DNA of 64,000 nt from the NCBI GenBank assembly GCA_040221475.1, contig JAVKEJ010000053.1, positions 648,918 through 712,917 on the forward strand. The letters run 5' to 3'. A program made the position numbers and the translations under genes. Below the pieces are notes generated by a model that had not been told where the DNA came from, did not search any database, and saw only the letters and a program-made list of their open reading frames with translations. Origin of the DNA: Rhodospirillaceae bacterium (GTDB lineage Bacteria > Pseudomonadota > Alphaproteobacteria > Rhodospirillales > Rhodospirillaceae). This document shows positions 26,755 to 37,329 of this stretch, piece after piece (the stretch's first letter is position 1; each line of letters starts with the position of its first letter).

Positions 26755-28107
26755 TTAGAGTTTCTGAGAACCGCGCCCGAACTCTGGATAAGCTTCCAAA
26801 CCGAGCTCAGCTCTATCGAGGCCCATTTCTTCGGCTTCCTCAGAGACACGAATACCTATCAACATGTTCAACGCGAACCAAACTAGTGCACTTGCGATAC
26901 TGACGAAAGCGGCAACGGCCAGAACACCAATAACCTGGGTGACGAAGCTCCCCGAGCCAAAGATACCAACAGCCAGAGTGCCCCATATGCCCGCAACCAA
27001 GTGAACCGGTATAGCACCAACCACGTCATCGATCTTGGCTTTGTCCAGCAATGGAACACTAAAGATCGCCAACGCAGAACCAATGGCCCCAACCACAATT
27101 GCCAACATATGGTTTTGCAAGTCAGGCCCAGCTGTAATAGCGACCAAACCGGCCAATGCGCCGTTAAGACACATGGTCAGATCAATTTTACCGTATAGCA
27201 ATTGCGTCAAAACCATGGCCGTTACCACCCCAGCAGCCGCTGCCAGGTTTGTGTTCACGTACACAATCGAAATCGCGGTCGCATCCAAAGCACTACCCAG
27301 GGCCAATTGCGACCCGCCGTTAAATCCAAACCAACCAAACCACAAAACAAACGTCCCCAACGTAGCCAAAGGCAGGTTCGCGCCTGGTATGGGCCGGACA
27401 CCGGTAGCCGTAAACCGGCCTTTACGCGCCCCCAAAATAAGCGCGCCCACCAACGCAGCCCATCCGCCACAACTGTGAACAAGGGTTGAGCCGGCGAAGT
27501 CAGAGAAGCCCATTTCAGAAAGCCAGCCGCCGCCCCAGGTCCAAGACGCTTGGATCGGATAAATGAGGGCGCTCAAAAGAACCACAAAGATCATGAACGG
27601 CCAGATCTTAATGCGCTCGGCCAACGTCCCAGACACAATTGAGGCCGTTGTCGCTACGAACACCATCTGGAAGAACCAGTCAGACATGACAGAATAGCCA
27701 TTGCCAACGACGTCTGCTATTTGCTCATCCGTCGCGGTTTCGGCATTGATCAGAGCAAGCTCCGCCCCTGAAGAGTTATATAGAAAACTAAAACTACCAA
27801 AGTAGCTGCCGACATCCGTGTACATGATGTTGTAGCCGATAAGGTAAAAGACCAATCCAGCGATTGAATACAGGGCGATATTCTTGAGGCAAATGGAGGC
27901 GGTGTTTTTAGTCCGCACTAAGCCTGACTCTAACATGGCAAAACCGGCGGCCATGAGCATGACCAAAAAACCATGAACCAGAAATGAAAATGTGTTCAAC
28001 ACATATGCGGTTTCTTCCGATACAGCAGCAAATGCAGGTGTCACAACCAGCACCGCAATACCGGCAGAGGCCCCAAAAACCGTTCCGTTGCGCATGAAAT
28101 TTGTCAT
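26755..28107 (-). CDS. amtB: Ammonium transporter
   Basis: Amt/MEP hallmarks (..FAGSTLVHSCGGWAALVGALILG.R.GR.., WFGWFGFNGGS, signal-like N-terminus). Start moved to ATG 28107 (GGGAG 8 nt upstream), because the track TTG start at 28164 lies inside or upstream of the sigma-54 promoter. Confidence 0.88.
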   Translation of the reverse strand: MTNFMRNGTVFGASAGIAVLVVTPAFAAVSEETAYVLNTFSFLVHGFLVMLMAAGFAMLESGLVRTKNTASICLKNIALYSIAGLVFYLIGYNIMYTDVGSYFGSFSFLYNSSGAELALINAETATDEQIADVVGNGYSVMSDWFFQMVFVATTASIVSGTLAERIKIWPFMIFVVLLSALIYPIQASWTWGGGWLSEMGFSDFAGSTLVHSCGGWAALVGALILGARKGRFTATGVRPIPGANLPLATLGTFVLWFGWFGFNGGSQLALGSALDATAISIVYVNTNLAAAAGVVTAMVLTQLLYGKIDLTMCLNGALAGLVAITAGPDLQNHMLAIVVGAIGSALAIFSVPLLDKAKIDDVVGAIPVHLVAGIWGTLAVGIFGSGSFVTQVIGVLAVAAFVSIASALVWFALNMLIGIRVSEEAEEMGLDRAELGLEAYPEFGRGSQKL

Positions 28108-28163
28108 TGCCATCACTCCCTCGACCGGCCTGAAGCCGGCATTACCCTTCTGTAAAGGCTGCA

Positions 28164-28180
28164 ATGCAAACCACGTGCCA
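28164..28180 (-). promoter_or_regulatory. Sigma-54 (-24/-12) promoter of amtB
   Basis: The minus strand reads TGGCAC-GTGGT-TTGCAT, an essentially perfect match to TGGCAC-N5-TTGCW. Predicted transcription start near 28154, about 47 nt before ATG 28107. Confidence 0.75.
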
Positions 28181-28350
28181 AATTGCTGCGACGCAACAGG
28201 GATGCGATTAAGCTATATTACTCAATAAAAACAATACTGTAGTACGAAGCATCGTAAGCGCTTCAATTGTTTTCTGGAGGCATCTCTCGTATTAATGCAT
28301 AAAATATAGGCAAAAATATTTTATGCCTTATTTTTAAGCACAAAATACAG

Positions 28351-29979
28351 CTAATGCTCACCGCCCAGTATTCCTGTTTGCACAGAGTAATCGACCGCGA
28401 TGCCATAATCAGGATCGTCATCTGAATCGACCATAAGTTGTCCGGCTCGGTTCAATAGCCGATGGCAGTCATGCGACAGGTGCCGAAGCTGGAGAGTCTT
28501 GCCTCTGGCCTCATACTTAAAAGCTACATCTTCGATGGCCTGGAGGGCAGACTGATCCACCACCCGGCTGTCCAGAAAATCAACGATCACGATGTCCGGG
28601 TCTGTCTCTGGTTTAAACAGTTCCGCAAAACCATCAGTCGAGCCAAAAAACAAAGGGCCATCAATCTTATATACTTTTACACCCTCAGTGGTTTCATCAA
28701 TGCGGGCATGAATCCGGCGGGCATTATTCCAGGCATAGGTCAGGGCCGACACAATAACCCCGACGACTACGGCAATGGCTAAGTCGTACATCACAGTAAC
28801 AGCCGTTACTAAGACGATAACAAACGCATCGTTCAGCGGAATCTTCCGCATGATCCGCAAGCTCTGCCAGGCAAATGTACCAATCACCACCATGAACATT
28901 ACGCCGACAAGGGCCGCCAATGGAATTTGTTCGATCAAGCTTGAGGCCACGAGGATAAAAGCCAACAAAAACAGAGCTGCGGATAAGGCAGACAAACGCG
29001 TGCGCCCGCCCGATTTTACGTTAATCATCGACTGACCGATCATGGCGCACCCGCCCATGCCGCCGAAAAACCCAGTCACGGTGTTCGCAAGCCCCTGAGC
29101 CATGCATTCTTGCGACGCCCCGCCCCGCTTGTTGGTCATTTCACCGACAATGTTAAGGGTGAGAAGGCTCTCAATCAGACCAATCGCAGCCAGGATGACG
29201 GCGAACGGAAAGATAATCTTCAAGGTTTCTAAGTTTAGTGGCACCATCGGGATGTGAAACAACGGCAACCCGCCTTCAATCGACGCCAAATCACCGACAC
29301 GAGGCACGTCTAGTCCAAAGCCGATCACCACCGCTGCGACAATCCCAATCCCAGCAAGCGGCGCCGGAATGGCCGTCGTAACCTTTGGAACAAACCAGAT
29401 AATCGCCATGGTCAGGGCCACTAGCCCCAGCATCATGGCCAATGGCAGGCCGCTCATCCAAACTTTTGCCTCGCCCGCGACGTCTCCGGCAACCTGTGCT
29501 GGTACCTGAAACTGACTCAATTGCGCCAGAAAGATCACGATGGCCAGACCATTCACGAAGCCCAGCATCACCGGATGCGGCACCAATCGGATGAACTTCC
29601 CCAACCGGAAAGCGCCAGCCAGCAACTGAAGCACGCCCATCAACACCACCGTGGCAAACAGATATTCAACACCGTGCTGAGCGACCAGAGCCACCATCAC
29701 AACCGCCAACGCACCGGTCGCCCCGGAGATCATGCCCGGTCGACCGCCCGCAATGGCTGTGATCAGCCCGACGATAAAGGCCGCATAAAGTCCCACCAGC
29801 GGGTGAACCCCCGCCACAAAGGCAAAGGCAACGGCTTCGGGCACCAAGGCCAGCGCCACGGTTAAACCGGCGAGAATCTCAGTCTTAATGCGGGTGGGAG
29901 TGAAAGTAGAAAGGCCGTTTGCCGTCCAATCGCCAAGAGGCAGGCGCCCCACGAAGGAGGCCAGTGTTGCTCGCGTCAC
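28351..29979 (-). CDS. SulP-family anion transporter with C-terminal STAS domain
   Basis: 542 aa. TEILAGLTVALALVPEAVAFAFVAG signature, multi-pass core, cytoplasmic STAS-like tail (KVYKIDGPLFFGS...). Confidence 0.85.
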   Translation of the reverse strand: MTRATLASFVGRLPLGDWTANGLSTFTPTRIKTEILAGLTVALALVPEAVAFAFVAGVHPLVGLYAAFIVGLITAIAGGRPGMISGATGALAVVMVALVAQHGVEYLFATVVLMGVLQLLAGAFRLGKFIRLVPHPVMLGFVNGLAIVIFLAQLSQFQVPAQVAGDVAGEAKVWMSGLPLAMMLGLVALTMAIIWFVPKVTTAIPAPLAGIGIVAAVVIGFGLDVPRVGDLASIEGGLPLFHIPMVPLNLETLKIIFPFAVILAAIGLIESLLTLNIVGEMTNKRGGASQECMAQGLANTVTGFFGGMGGCAMIGQSMINVKSGGRTRLSALSAALFLLAFILVASSLIEQIPLAALVGVMFMVVIGTFAWQSLRIMRKIPLNDAFVIVLVTAVTVMYDLAIAVVVGVIVSALTYAWNNARRIHARIDETTEGVKVYKIDGPLFFGSTDGFAELFKPETDPDIVIVDFLDSRVVDQSALQAIEDVAFKYEARGKTLQLRHLSHDCHRLLNRAGQLMVDSDDDPDYGIAVDYSVQTGILGGEH

Positions 29980-30128
29980 GTAAATTCCAATATTGTGCTT
30001 GATGAGAGTGGAGGTCGTGTCAGATGTGACCCGCAGTCATAAAGGACTTATGCTGCAATGCAACAATTGAGTGTGGAAAGTTTTGTGAAGCGGTGTTGGT
30101 AGCTATCCTAAAATCAACAATTCAACTC

Positions 30129-31277
30129 CTACTCCGCCGCCCGCTTAACCCGCTCCGCAGCATCAGTCGGGTCAATCATCGGCACAGCGTCAATCACCCA
30201 GCCTTTGGCCGTGCGGCGCGCGGGGCTGGGAATGGCGTAAGCCACCTTCTTCCGGTCGGCCTCAACCTTATCAATGTCGATCTTCCAACCCTTAGCTTCC
30301 CAGCCTTTGAGAATCTCCCGGTAGCGGGCAATCGCCCCGTCTGCGGGGACAAAGATTTCTTTGGTATTGGTCGGTGGCGTCACCAAAGGGTTCATGGCTT
30401 CCAGAATCACGCCGTCCTGCCCGGCCACCACATCATTGCGGCCCATCATCCGCGCATCGTTTTCAGGTTCGATCACAAAATTGCGCAGGTTCACTAAATA
30501 CGAGCGCGAATGGGTGTCATCAACCGGGGTCTTAAAACTGTACTGGTGAATATGTTTGTCGGGCATGGGGTTAATCCGCGTCACGTTATTTGTTGGCCCA
30601 TGAGTCCAGGTGCCTGCCGTAATTTGCGCCACATGATCCCGGCCCGTGCCTGCGCGCATCTTCTCGTCTTTGAGCGGCGGCGCTTTGTAGGCCACCAAAA
30701 AGCCCGTCCCCCATTCCGTATCAACGATGTTTAATGGCGGCACATGATAGTCCGGGTCTTCGCCGGAAAATCCATGCGTGGGATGCACGAATTCATTGTG
30801 GGCCGGATCAAGCGCGTTCTCGACCGAACGTTGGTAATCAATCACCCAATCATAATGCTGGATCGTAGCGCGCCACCCCTCCGTTCCATATTCTGGAATC
30901 TCCATAATCGGAGGCCGTTCCGCCTCTGGCAGATCACCAAGGAAGACATGCACTAAACCGTAGCGTTCTTCAACCGGATAGGTATCTGTGCGCGCGCGCG
31001 CTGGCGGCTTACCGCCTGGACCAAGTGACGGCACTTTCTGACAGGCGCCTGCACCATCAAATTCCCAGCCATGATAGGGACACTGGACGCAATCGCCTTT
31101 GATTTTGCCGTTGCCTAACGAGCCACCCCGATGGACACAGGTGTCATTCAAGCAGTGGACTTGCCCTTTTGAGTCCCGGAAAAGCACGAAATCCAAGCCC
31201 AGCATGCGCACCTTGGTTGGCGCTTGATTGGTGATCTCGTCGCTCAGCCCTGCCGCGTACCAAAAGTTAATGAACAT
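30129..31277 (-). CDS. Rieske [2Fe-2S] non-heme iron oxygenase, alpha subunit type
   Basis: Rieske motif CVHRGGSL...CPYHGWEF and mononuclear iron motif ENALDPAHNEFVHP. No reductase or ferredoxin partner is adjacent. Confidence 0.8.
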   Translation of the reverse strand: MFINFWYAAGLSDEITNQAPTKVRMLGLDFVLFRDSKGQVHCLNDTCVHRGGSLGNGKIKGDCVQCPYHGWEFDGAGACQKVPSLGPGGKPPARARTDTYPVEERYGLVHVFLGDLPEAERPPIMEIPEYGTEGWRATIQHYDWVIDYQRSVENALDPAHNEFVHPTHGFSGEDPDYHVPPLNIVDTEWGTGFLVAYKAPPLKDEKMRAGTGRDHVAQITAGTWTHGPTNNVTRINPMPDKHIHQYSFKTPVDDTHSRSYLVNLRNFVIEPENDARMMGRNDVVAGQDGVILEAMNPLVTPPTNTKEIFVPADGAIARYREILKGWEAKGWKIDIDKVEADRKKVAYAIPSPARRTAKGWVIDAVPMIDPTDAAERVKRAAE

Positions 31278-31475
31278 GCCGCGTCTCCCGATCGCTCACA
31301 TCTGTTGTAGACAGAGCCTACGATAATATTTTGTCAGCCCAAAGTCCCTTTCGACAAGACCCGGTGGTGAAAGGAAAACTGCTGCCAAATGACTGTTAAG
31401 AGATTTCGGTATAGCTTAGGGTGCAGTGCAAAATAAGAGCATGTCTCACTGATTTATCGATGGTCTGTTTTCATT

Positions 31476-32375
31476 ATGAATTTTGAAACCCAATATCTCG
31501 CCGCGACCAAAGCCTTTGATGCAAAAGCCTATGTTGATGCCACAAACACATATCTTGATCTGCTTGAAACGGCTAAGGATCGCATCCTCGAAATACTGGA
31601 CAACAGCGCTGCTGCTCGGCTGGTGCACAGCGAGATGGCGATACAATACGGACTTCAAAAAACACTGATCAGACGCATCCAAGGCGATGATGTCATTACC
31701 ATTGATCTTGCTCTGTTTACAAAAAACTTACCGCTCTGCATTACTTATGGTCCAAGCACCTGCTCGTTTCTTAAAAATTGGAAAGATGCATCCCCGACAT
31801 TTCAAGCCAACATGAAAACGGCAATTGAGCGCTATCAGTACCTGTGCGAAACCAAACTGAATGGAATGCCCTGTCCTGATGTTGTGCCAGGAGATGTATA
31901 TGCCGCTATGTGGGTTGCGACTGATCTCATTGACTTTGAACGCTATCTGCCAGACACAGCCGATGATTATGTAAACCTTGGGTGCGGGTGTGGTTTATTC
32001 GACAGCACCTATCTCAAGGGTTCAAGAAGCAATCTTCAGGCTCGTTTGATAGATATAGATCCAAGCGCTAAAAGCACAGTTGAGCAATTAATATTAGAGA
32101 ACGATCTCTCCAGTGCTGTGTTTTTGGACCACTATTCAGGCGAGATGGAGACGCCGAGCTTAGTTGTATCAGTTCGCTCTTGCAGCTATCTCTACGACGC
32201 TGACACTTACGATGTGTTGTTTAAAAAGATGAAACCTGGCAGCTGCGCCTTGTTAGATGTCGGCAATGATCGTGAAGCAAAGACGACAGCCTATTTTGAA
32301 TCCCTTGGTGCAACCGCCCACCATCATGAGCGCCTAAATAATACCAGCGTCCAGCTTATCAAATACGTATTTTAA
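31476..32375 (+). CDS. Hypothetical protein with possible Rossmann/SAM-binding motif; low-GC orphan
   Basis: 299-aa ORF. VNLGCGCGLF followed by ARLIDIDPS resembles methyltransferase motifs I and II. No RBS seen. Visibly AT-richer than its neighbours. Confidence 0.45.
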   Translation: MNFETQYLAATKAFDAKAYVDATNTYLDLLETAKDRILEILDNSAAARLVHSEMAIQYGLQKTLIRRIQGDDVITIDLALFTKNLPLCITYGPSTCSFLKNWKDASPTFQANMKTAIERYQYLCETKLNGMPCPDVVPGDVYAAMWVATDLIDFERYLPDTADDYVNLGCGCGLFDSTYLKGSRSNLQARLIDIDPSAKSTVEQLILENDLSSAVFLDHYSGEMETPSLVVSVRSCSYLYDADTYDVLFKKMKPGSCALLDVGNDREAKTTAYFESLGATAHHHERLNNTSVQLIKYVF

Positions 32376-32414
32376 GACACTTCCTAGGATGCGAGAGCGC
32401 GGCCTGAAAACAAA

Positions 32415-33299
32415 TTAAAAGGTGTAGAGAATACCCATACCAAACAAACCTTGAAAATCGTCACCATCCTGCTCAACAAAAGGAGCGTTCTTCGCCTCAC
32501 TGAGCAATAGTTTTGCCTCTCCGCGCACCACCAACTGCCACTTCTCAGACAAGTCGTAAAAACTGGTCAACCGCACCGCCGCTTCTTCAAAGCCCGCACC
32601 TGGACTATATGCATTATACCCTGTCGCTGCGGTGGCACTCAAAGGCACGCCATAATAGGCATTCATATATGTTCCGTTTTTCCATTCCGTTGCGATCTCT
32701 GGAATAAACTCAAAAGGACCTGTCCGGATAATTGTTCCGACTGCGGCTGATAAACCCACACCCCCATGCCCCCCAGCGACTTCGTGCCGGGCTCGAAGTC
32801 TGAAGGCCACAAATCGGGCGACACGACCTTCAAAGGTAAACCCCACATCTGCGCCCGTCGAGATATCTGGAAGCCGGAATGCCTTGCTGTCTACACGCGG
32901 ATTCCGCCCCGTAGAGATTCCGGCTTGGGCAAGAATCCGACAACACTCATTACTCCAAACTTTGACGCGAACACCCAGCGGATCAATCCACACATCATCT
33001 TTATAGCGAATCTGAAATACCGGTAGCGCTCTTATTTCGTAGCGATCAGAACCGGAGAAATCAGGTGTAGTGCCGATCGCTGCACCAACTCTTACACGCC
33101 AATCCTCATCCGAGAATTTTCCCATTTCCGAAAGGTAATCAGAAAAATCGTCGTAAGCCGACTCTAGCGCATCAAGGTTCCAACCTTGCGCCTGAGCGTT
33201 GCTTGAGACTGCTGTGAGGACAAAAATACTCGTTGCTACAAAGAGGCCGCTGCTTTTACTTAACCGGCGTCTAGCTTTAACAAAAAGACACTTCAACAC
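32415..33299 (-). CDS. MipA/OmpV-family outer-membrane protein
   Basis: Signal peptide ..VLTAVSSNAQAQG, alternating beta-strand pattern, C-terminal ..GILYTF. Confidence 0.65.
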   Translation of the reverse strand: MLKCLFVKARRRLSKSSGLFVATSIFVLTAVSSNAQAQGWNLDALESAYDDFSDYLSEMGKFSDEDWRVRVGAAIGTTPDFSGSDRYEIRALPVFQIRYKDDVWIDPLGVRVKVWSNECCRILAQAGISTGRNPRVDSKAFRLPDISTGADVGFTFEGRVARFVAFRLRARHEVAGGHGGVGLSAAVGTIIRTGPFEFIPEIATEWKNGTYMNAYYGVPLSATAATGYNAYSPGAGFEEAAVRLTSFYDLSEKWQLVVRGEAKLLLSEAKNAPFVEQDGDDFQGLFGMGILYTF

Positions 33300-33412
33300 G
33301 AACGGTAACCTTCCTTAGAACACTATTAAAAGCGTCCCACCCCCTACAAAATGCACGCATTTCTAAGGACAACGCAAGCGAAACCGGCAACCAAAATCTA
33401 GACCATTGTTTG

Positions 33413-36400
33413 CTACCCCGGAATGGTCGCCAACTCCGCCAATTGCGCCAACATTTGCTTAAGGCCAGACATCCGTTCATCGACACCATACCATGTGCGA
33501 ATGATGACAATTTTATGATCGGGCCGCACTTTAACTGATCCGGCTTGTTGGCTGATGAATTCAACCAATCCAGCCGGATTGGGAAACTCGTTCTTAAACA
33601 AGGTCAAAACTGCACCTTTTGGTCCAGCATCAATCTTCTCAACATGAGCTGAGCGGCACAGTGCTTTGATCGCAACAACCGTCAGAAGGTTCTCAACTTC
33701 ATCCGGAATTTTACCGAAGCGATCAGCCAACTCGGCGGCAAAGTCATCCACCTCTGCCTGATCCGCCAAATCCGCAGCGCGGCGATACAATGCTAGGCGC
33801 GCGCCCAGATCTTTCACATACGTCTCCGGAATAAAGACCGGTGCGCCAAGTGTGATCTGTGGTGAAAAACGCGTCTCAGTTTCAGCTGGTTCCCCAGAAG
33901 TACCATCACGTGCTGCACTCACAGCCTCTTCCAGAAGCTGCTGGTACAGTTCGATGCCAACTTCCTTAATGTGGCCGGATTGTTCGTCGCCCAGCAGATT
34001 CCCCGCCCCGCGAATATCCAAGTCATGACTGGCCAAGGAGAAACCTGCGCCCAAGCTGTCCAGTGTCTGCATTACGTCCAGGCGTTTCTCCGCCGAGGCG
34101 GTCAGCTTTTTATTCGCCGGTACGGTTAAGTAAGCGTATGCCCGGGTTTTGGAGCGGCCCACACGACCGCGCAGTTGATACAATTGAGACAAGCCAAACA
34201 TATCAGAGCGATGAATGATGATGGTGTTCACACGTGGCAGATCCAAGCCGGATTCAATGATGTTTGTCGCCAGCAGCACATCATATTTCCCATCGGCAAA
34301 GTCGGTCATCACGTCTTCAAGTGCCGCAGGCGCCATTTGCCCATGGGCCATTGTGAAGGTGATCTCTGGCACAAGCTTGCGAAGTTCAGTGGCAACTTTA
34401 TCTAAATCCGCGAGACGCGGACAGACGTAGAAAGACTGTCCACCGCGGAATCTCTCCCGCATCAAAGCCTCTCGAACAACCACCCGGTCATACGGTAACA
34501 GGAAGGTCCGCACAGCCAATCGATCAACAGGGGGCGTCGCAATCAGGCTCAAGTCCCTGACACCTGTGAGGGCCATCTGTAGCGTACGTGGAATGGGGGT
34601 CGCAGTCAGCGTTAAGACGTGCACGTCGGCTTTCAACTGCTTCAATGTTTCTTTGTGGCCCACCCCAAAATGCTGTTCTTCGTCGACAATAAGTAAACCC
34701 AGATTGGCGAATTTGACGGACTTGGCCAGCAGCGCATGGGTACCAATCACAATATCAACACTGCCGTCCTTCAGACCCTCTCGCACGACCTTGGCATCGC
34801 TGACGGTCACCAACCGGGAGAGTTGCTTCACTTTCACGGGAAAGCCTTCAAAGCGTGCTTTGAAATTAGCATGATGTTGCCGCGCCAATAAGGTTGTCGG
34901 TACAACCACGGCGACCTGAACGCCCGTCAGCGCGGCAACGAACGCAGCACGCAATGCAACTTCCGTTTTGCCGAATCCCACATCTCCGCAGATCAACCGG
35001 TCCATGGGGCGACCTTTTGCGAAATCATCCATCACATCTGAAATGGCACGCAATTGATCATCTGTTTCGGAAAAGGGAAAACGCGCGCAAAACTCATCAT
35101 ACGCCCCTTCTGCAGGCGCAAAGACTTCAGCCGCCTTTAGTTCCCGTTGCGCAGCTATTTGAATTAATTGCTCCGCCATTTCGCGGATACGTTCTTTGAG
35201 TTTTGCTTTACGCGCCTGCCAGGCCACACCGCCAAGCCGGTCAAGCACGGCGCCCTCTTGCTCAGAGCCAAAGCGCGAGAGCACGTCGATGTTTTCAACA
35301 GGAACATACAGCCGGTTGTCGCCGTGATAAAAAACTTTGAGGCAATCGTGCGGAGCACCACCAACATCCAGTGTCTCCAAGCCACCATAGCGTCCGATGC
35401 CATGCTCCAAGTGAACGACCAGGTCCCCTTCCCCCAGTTGCGAGGCATCGGCGATAAAGGCTTCCGCCTTGCGGCGGCGGCGCACGCGTTGCACCACACG
35501 CTCACCAAGAAGGTCCTGCTCTGTGACCAGGGCTAAAGAGTCCGTTTTAAATCCACGACTCAAAGGCAGAACAACGATGGCTAAAGCGATATCGTTCTGT
35601 GAAATCTCAGCAAAACTGTCGATACTTTTTGCGGTGGCAAGACCATGCTCATGCATCAGCCCAAGCAGCCGGCGTCGCGATCCGTCAGATTGCGCCGCCA
35701 GGATCACTTTGCGGCCAGCCGCGCGTTGTTCAACAGTGTATTTCTTTAAGGCATTATAAACATTGCCTTCAGGCAGGGCTCGGATATCGGCGAAATCCCG
35801 GCCCGGCTGCCCACCCGCATCCGTGGCTGTTGTATCCGCGTCAGCGCGCGCAAAGGGTCGCAGATCAATCGCCGCATGAGCAGTCAATTTACGTGACCAC
35901 TCTGCCTCATCTAAAAACAATCGTTCGGGCGGTACCGGATGATAAGCAAACCCACCTTCTTCCAAGCCAATTTTAGCCCCGCCGCTGGCCGGATCAGCCA
36001 TGCGACGGCTCTCATAGTAATCTCTGATCAGGTCGAGACGACCAGCAACCGCTTCTCCCACCTGATGATCTAAGGACACAGTGGCCCCCGGAAGATAGGC
36101 AAATAACGTCTCTAACCCAGGATGAAATAATGGCAGCCAATGCTCCATACCCGGATAGCTCTGACCATTCGATATCGCTTCATAGAGCGAGTCAGAACTG
36201 GAAACAGCACCGAACAATTGCCGATACCCCGTGCGGAAGCGCTCAATGGCCTCACGAGAGAGCACCGCCTCACTCATCGGCTTCAGTCGCAGTATCTTGA
36301 GAGTCCCTGTTGTACGCTGGCTTACGGCCTCAAAAAGTCTCAGGCTGTCTACCTCATCACCGAACAGATCAATCCGCACCGGATCATCATGACCCGGCGG

Positions 36401-36916
36401 AAACAGGTCCACTAAGCCACCACGAATGGCGAATTCTCCGGGCTCCATAACCTGCTCAGCACGCTGGTAGCCTGTGCTGGTTAGTTCACCCGCCAACGCA
36501 TTCACATCCAGCTTGGAACCTGGTTTGATCTCCCGGACCATCCCCCGAAAAGCAGATACAGGCGGGACACGCTGCAACATGGCGCTTGCTGTAGTGATCA
36601 GCAGTTTTGGTCCACTCTCCGCCTCCTGACCAACAGCCGCGAGACGCAACAAAACATCCATACGCCGAGCCACGACGTCAGCATGCGGTGAGACGCGGTC
36701 ATAGGGCACACAATCCCAAGCTGGAAATTCGTAAACTGTGACATCAGGAGAAAAGAATTGCAGGCTATCCTTTAAAGTAGCCAAACGGATGTCGTCGCTC
36801 ACCACATGTAAATGACCCTTGTCGCTATTGCGCGCCAGATCGGACAAAACCAAGGCATCAACGCCTTCTGGCACTCCCGCAATGGTGCGACGGGTGAGGG
36901 ATACAACGTCGTTCAT
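33413..36916 (-). CDS. mfd: Transcription-repair coupling factor
   Basis: 1167 aa. Helicase motifs GDVGFGKTEVALRAAF, DEEQHFGV, TATPIPRT, HGQM, QLRGRVGRS. Typical Mfd N- and C-terminal domains. Confidence 0.95.
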   Translation of the reverse strand: MNDVVSLTRRTIAGVPEGVDALVLSDLARNSDKGHLHVVSDDIRLATLKDSLQFFSPDVTVYEFPAWDCVPYDRVSPHADVVARRMDVLLRLAAVGQEAESGPKLLITTASAMLQRVPPVSAFRGMVREIKPGSKLDVNALAGELTSTGYQRAEQVMEPGEFAIRGGLVDLFPPGHDDPVRIDLFGDEVDSLRLFEAVSQRTTGTLKILRLKPMSEAVLSREAIERFRTGYRQLFGAVSSSDSLYEAISNGQSYPGMEHWLPLFHPGLETLFAYLPGATVSLDHQVGEAVAGRLDLIRDYYESRRMADPASGGAKIGLEEGGFAYHPVPPERLFLDEAEWSRKLTAHAAIDLRPFARADADTTATDAGGQPGRDFADIRALPEGNVYNALKKYTVEQRAAGRKVILAAQSDGSRRRLLGLMHEHGLATAKSIDSFAEISQNDIALAIVVLPLSRGFKTDSLALVTEQDLLGERVVQRVRRRRKAEAFIADASQLGEGDLVVHLEHGIGRYGGLETLDVGGAPHDCLKVFYHGDNRLYVPVENIDVLSRFGSEQEGAVLDRLGGVAWQARKAKLKERIREMAEQLIQIAAQRELKAAEVFAPAEGAYDEFCARFPFSETDDQLRAISDVMDDFAKGRPMDRLICGDVGFGKTEVALRAAFVAALTGVQVAVVVPTTLLARQHHANFKARFEGFPVKVKQLSRLVTVSDAKVVREGLKDGSVDIVIGTHALLAKSVKFANLGLLIVDEEQHFGVGHKETLKQLKADVHVLTLTATPIPRTLQMALTGVRDLSLIATPPVDRLAVRTFLLPYDRVVVREALMRERFRGGQSFYVCPRLADLDKVATELRKLVPEITFTMAHGQMAPAALEDVMTDFADGKYDVLLATNIIESGLDLPRVNTIIIHRSDMFGLSQLYQLRGRVGRSKTRAYAYLTVPANKKLTASAEKRLDVMQTLDSLGAGFSLASHDLDIRGAGNLLGDEQSGHIKEVGIELYQQLLEEAVSAARDGTSGEPAETETRFSPQITLGAPVFIPETYVKDLGARLALYRRAADLADQAEVDDFAAELADRFGKIPDEVENLLTVVAIKALCRSAHVEKIDAGPKGAVLTLFKNEFPNPAGLVEFISQQAGSVKVRPDHKIVIIRTWYGVDERMSGLKQMLAQLAELATIPG

Positions 36917-36920
36917 TATA

Positions 36921-37187
36921 TCAATCCGCTAACAAGCTTTGGTGATAGGCTTTCAGGCGTTTTAGGACAGCCGCCAGCTTTCCAGTTGGCATCGGTTTGC
37001 GGTCCTGCAGCCAGTCCATCACATCCGTATCGGTCTGGTTTAAAAGGTCTTCCAGCTGATCAAGCTCCTCACCAGCCATCGCTGCGACATTCTCTGCAAC
37101 AAAACCGCCGATAATCGCATCAGCCTCCTTGGTGCCACGATGTGTGGCACGATAGATCAGGCGTTTCCGTTGTATTGCGCGGTCCAT
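36921..37187 (-). CDS. sdhE: Succinate dehydrogenase FAD assembly factor (SdhE/SDHAF2, DUF339)
   Basis: RKRLIYRATHRGTKEADAIIGGF...EELDQLEDLL...D.D...W pattern. Ends 4 nt before the mfd start. Confidence 0.8.
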   Translation of the reverse strand: MDRAIQRKRLIYRATHRGTKEADAIIGGFVAENVAAMAGEELDQLEDLLNQTDTDVMDWLQDRKPMPTGKLAAVLKRLKAYHQSLLAD

Positions 37188-37329
37188 ACCTGAATCACAG
37201 CCTTAGAATCCAAAACTCCGGCTCAAGCCATATGAGGTATAGATTCCCAAGGCTGCCGGTCCGAGGCAGGGTATAACCGTCTCTGAACAGCTTCGCAATT
37301 GAGCAAATCTCGGATATTCATCTCTGATC

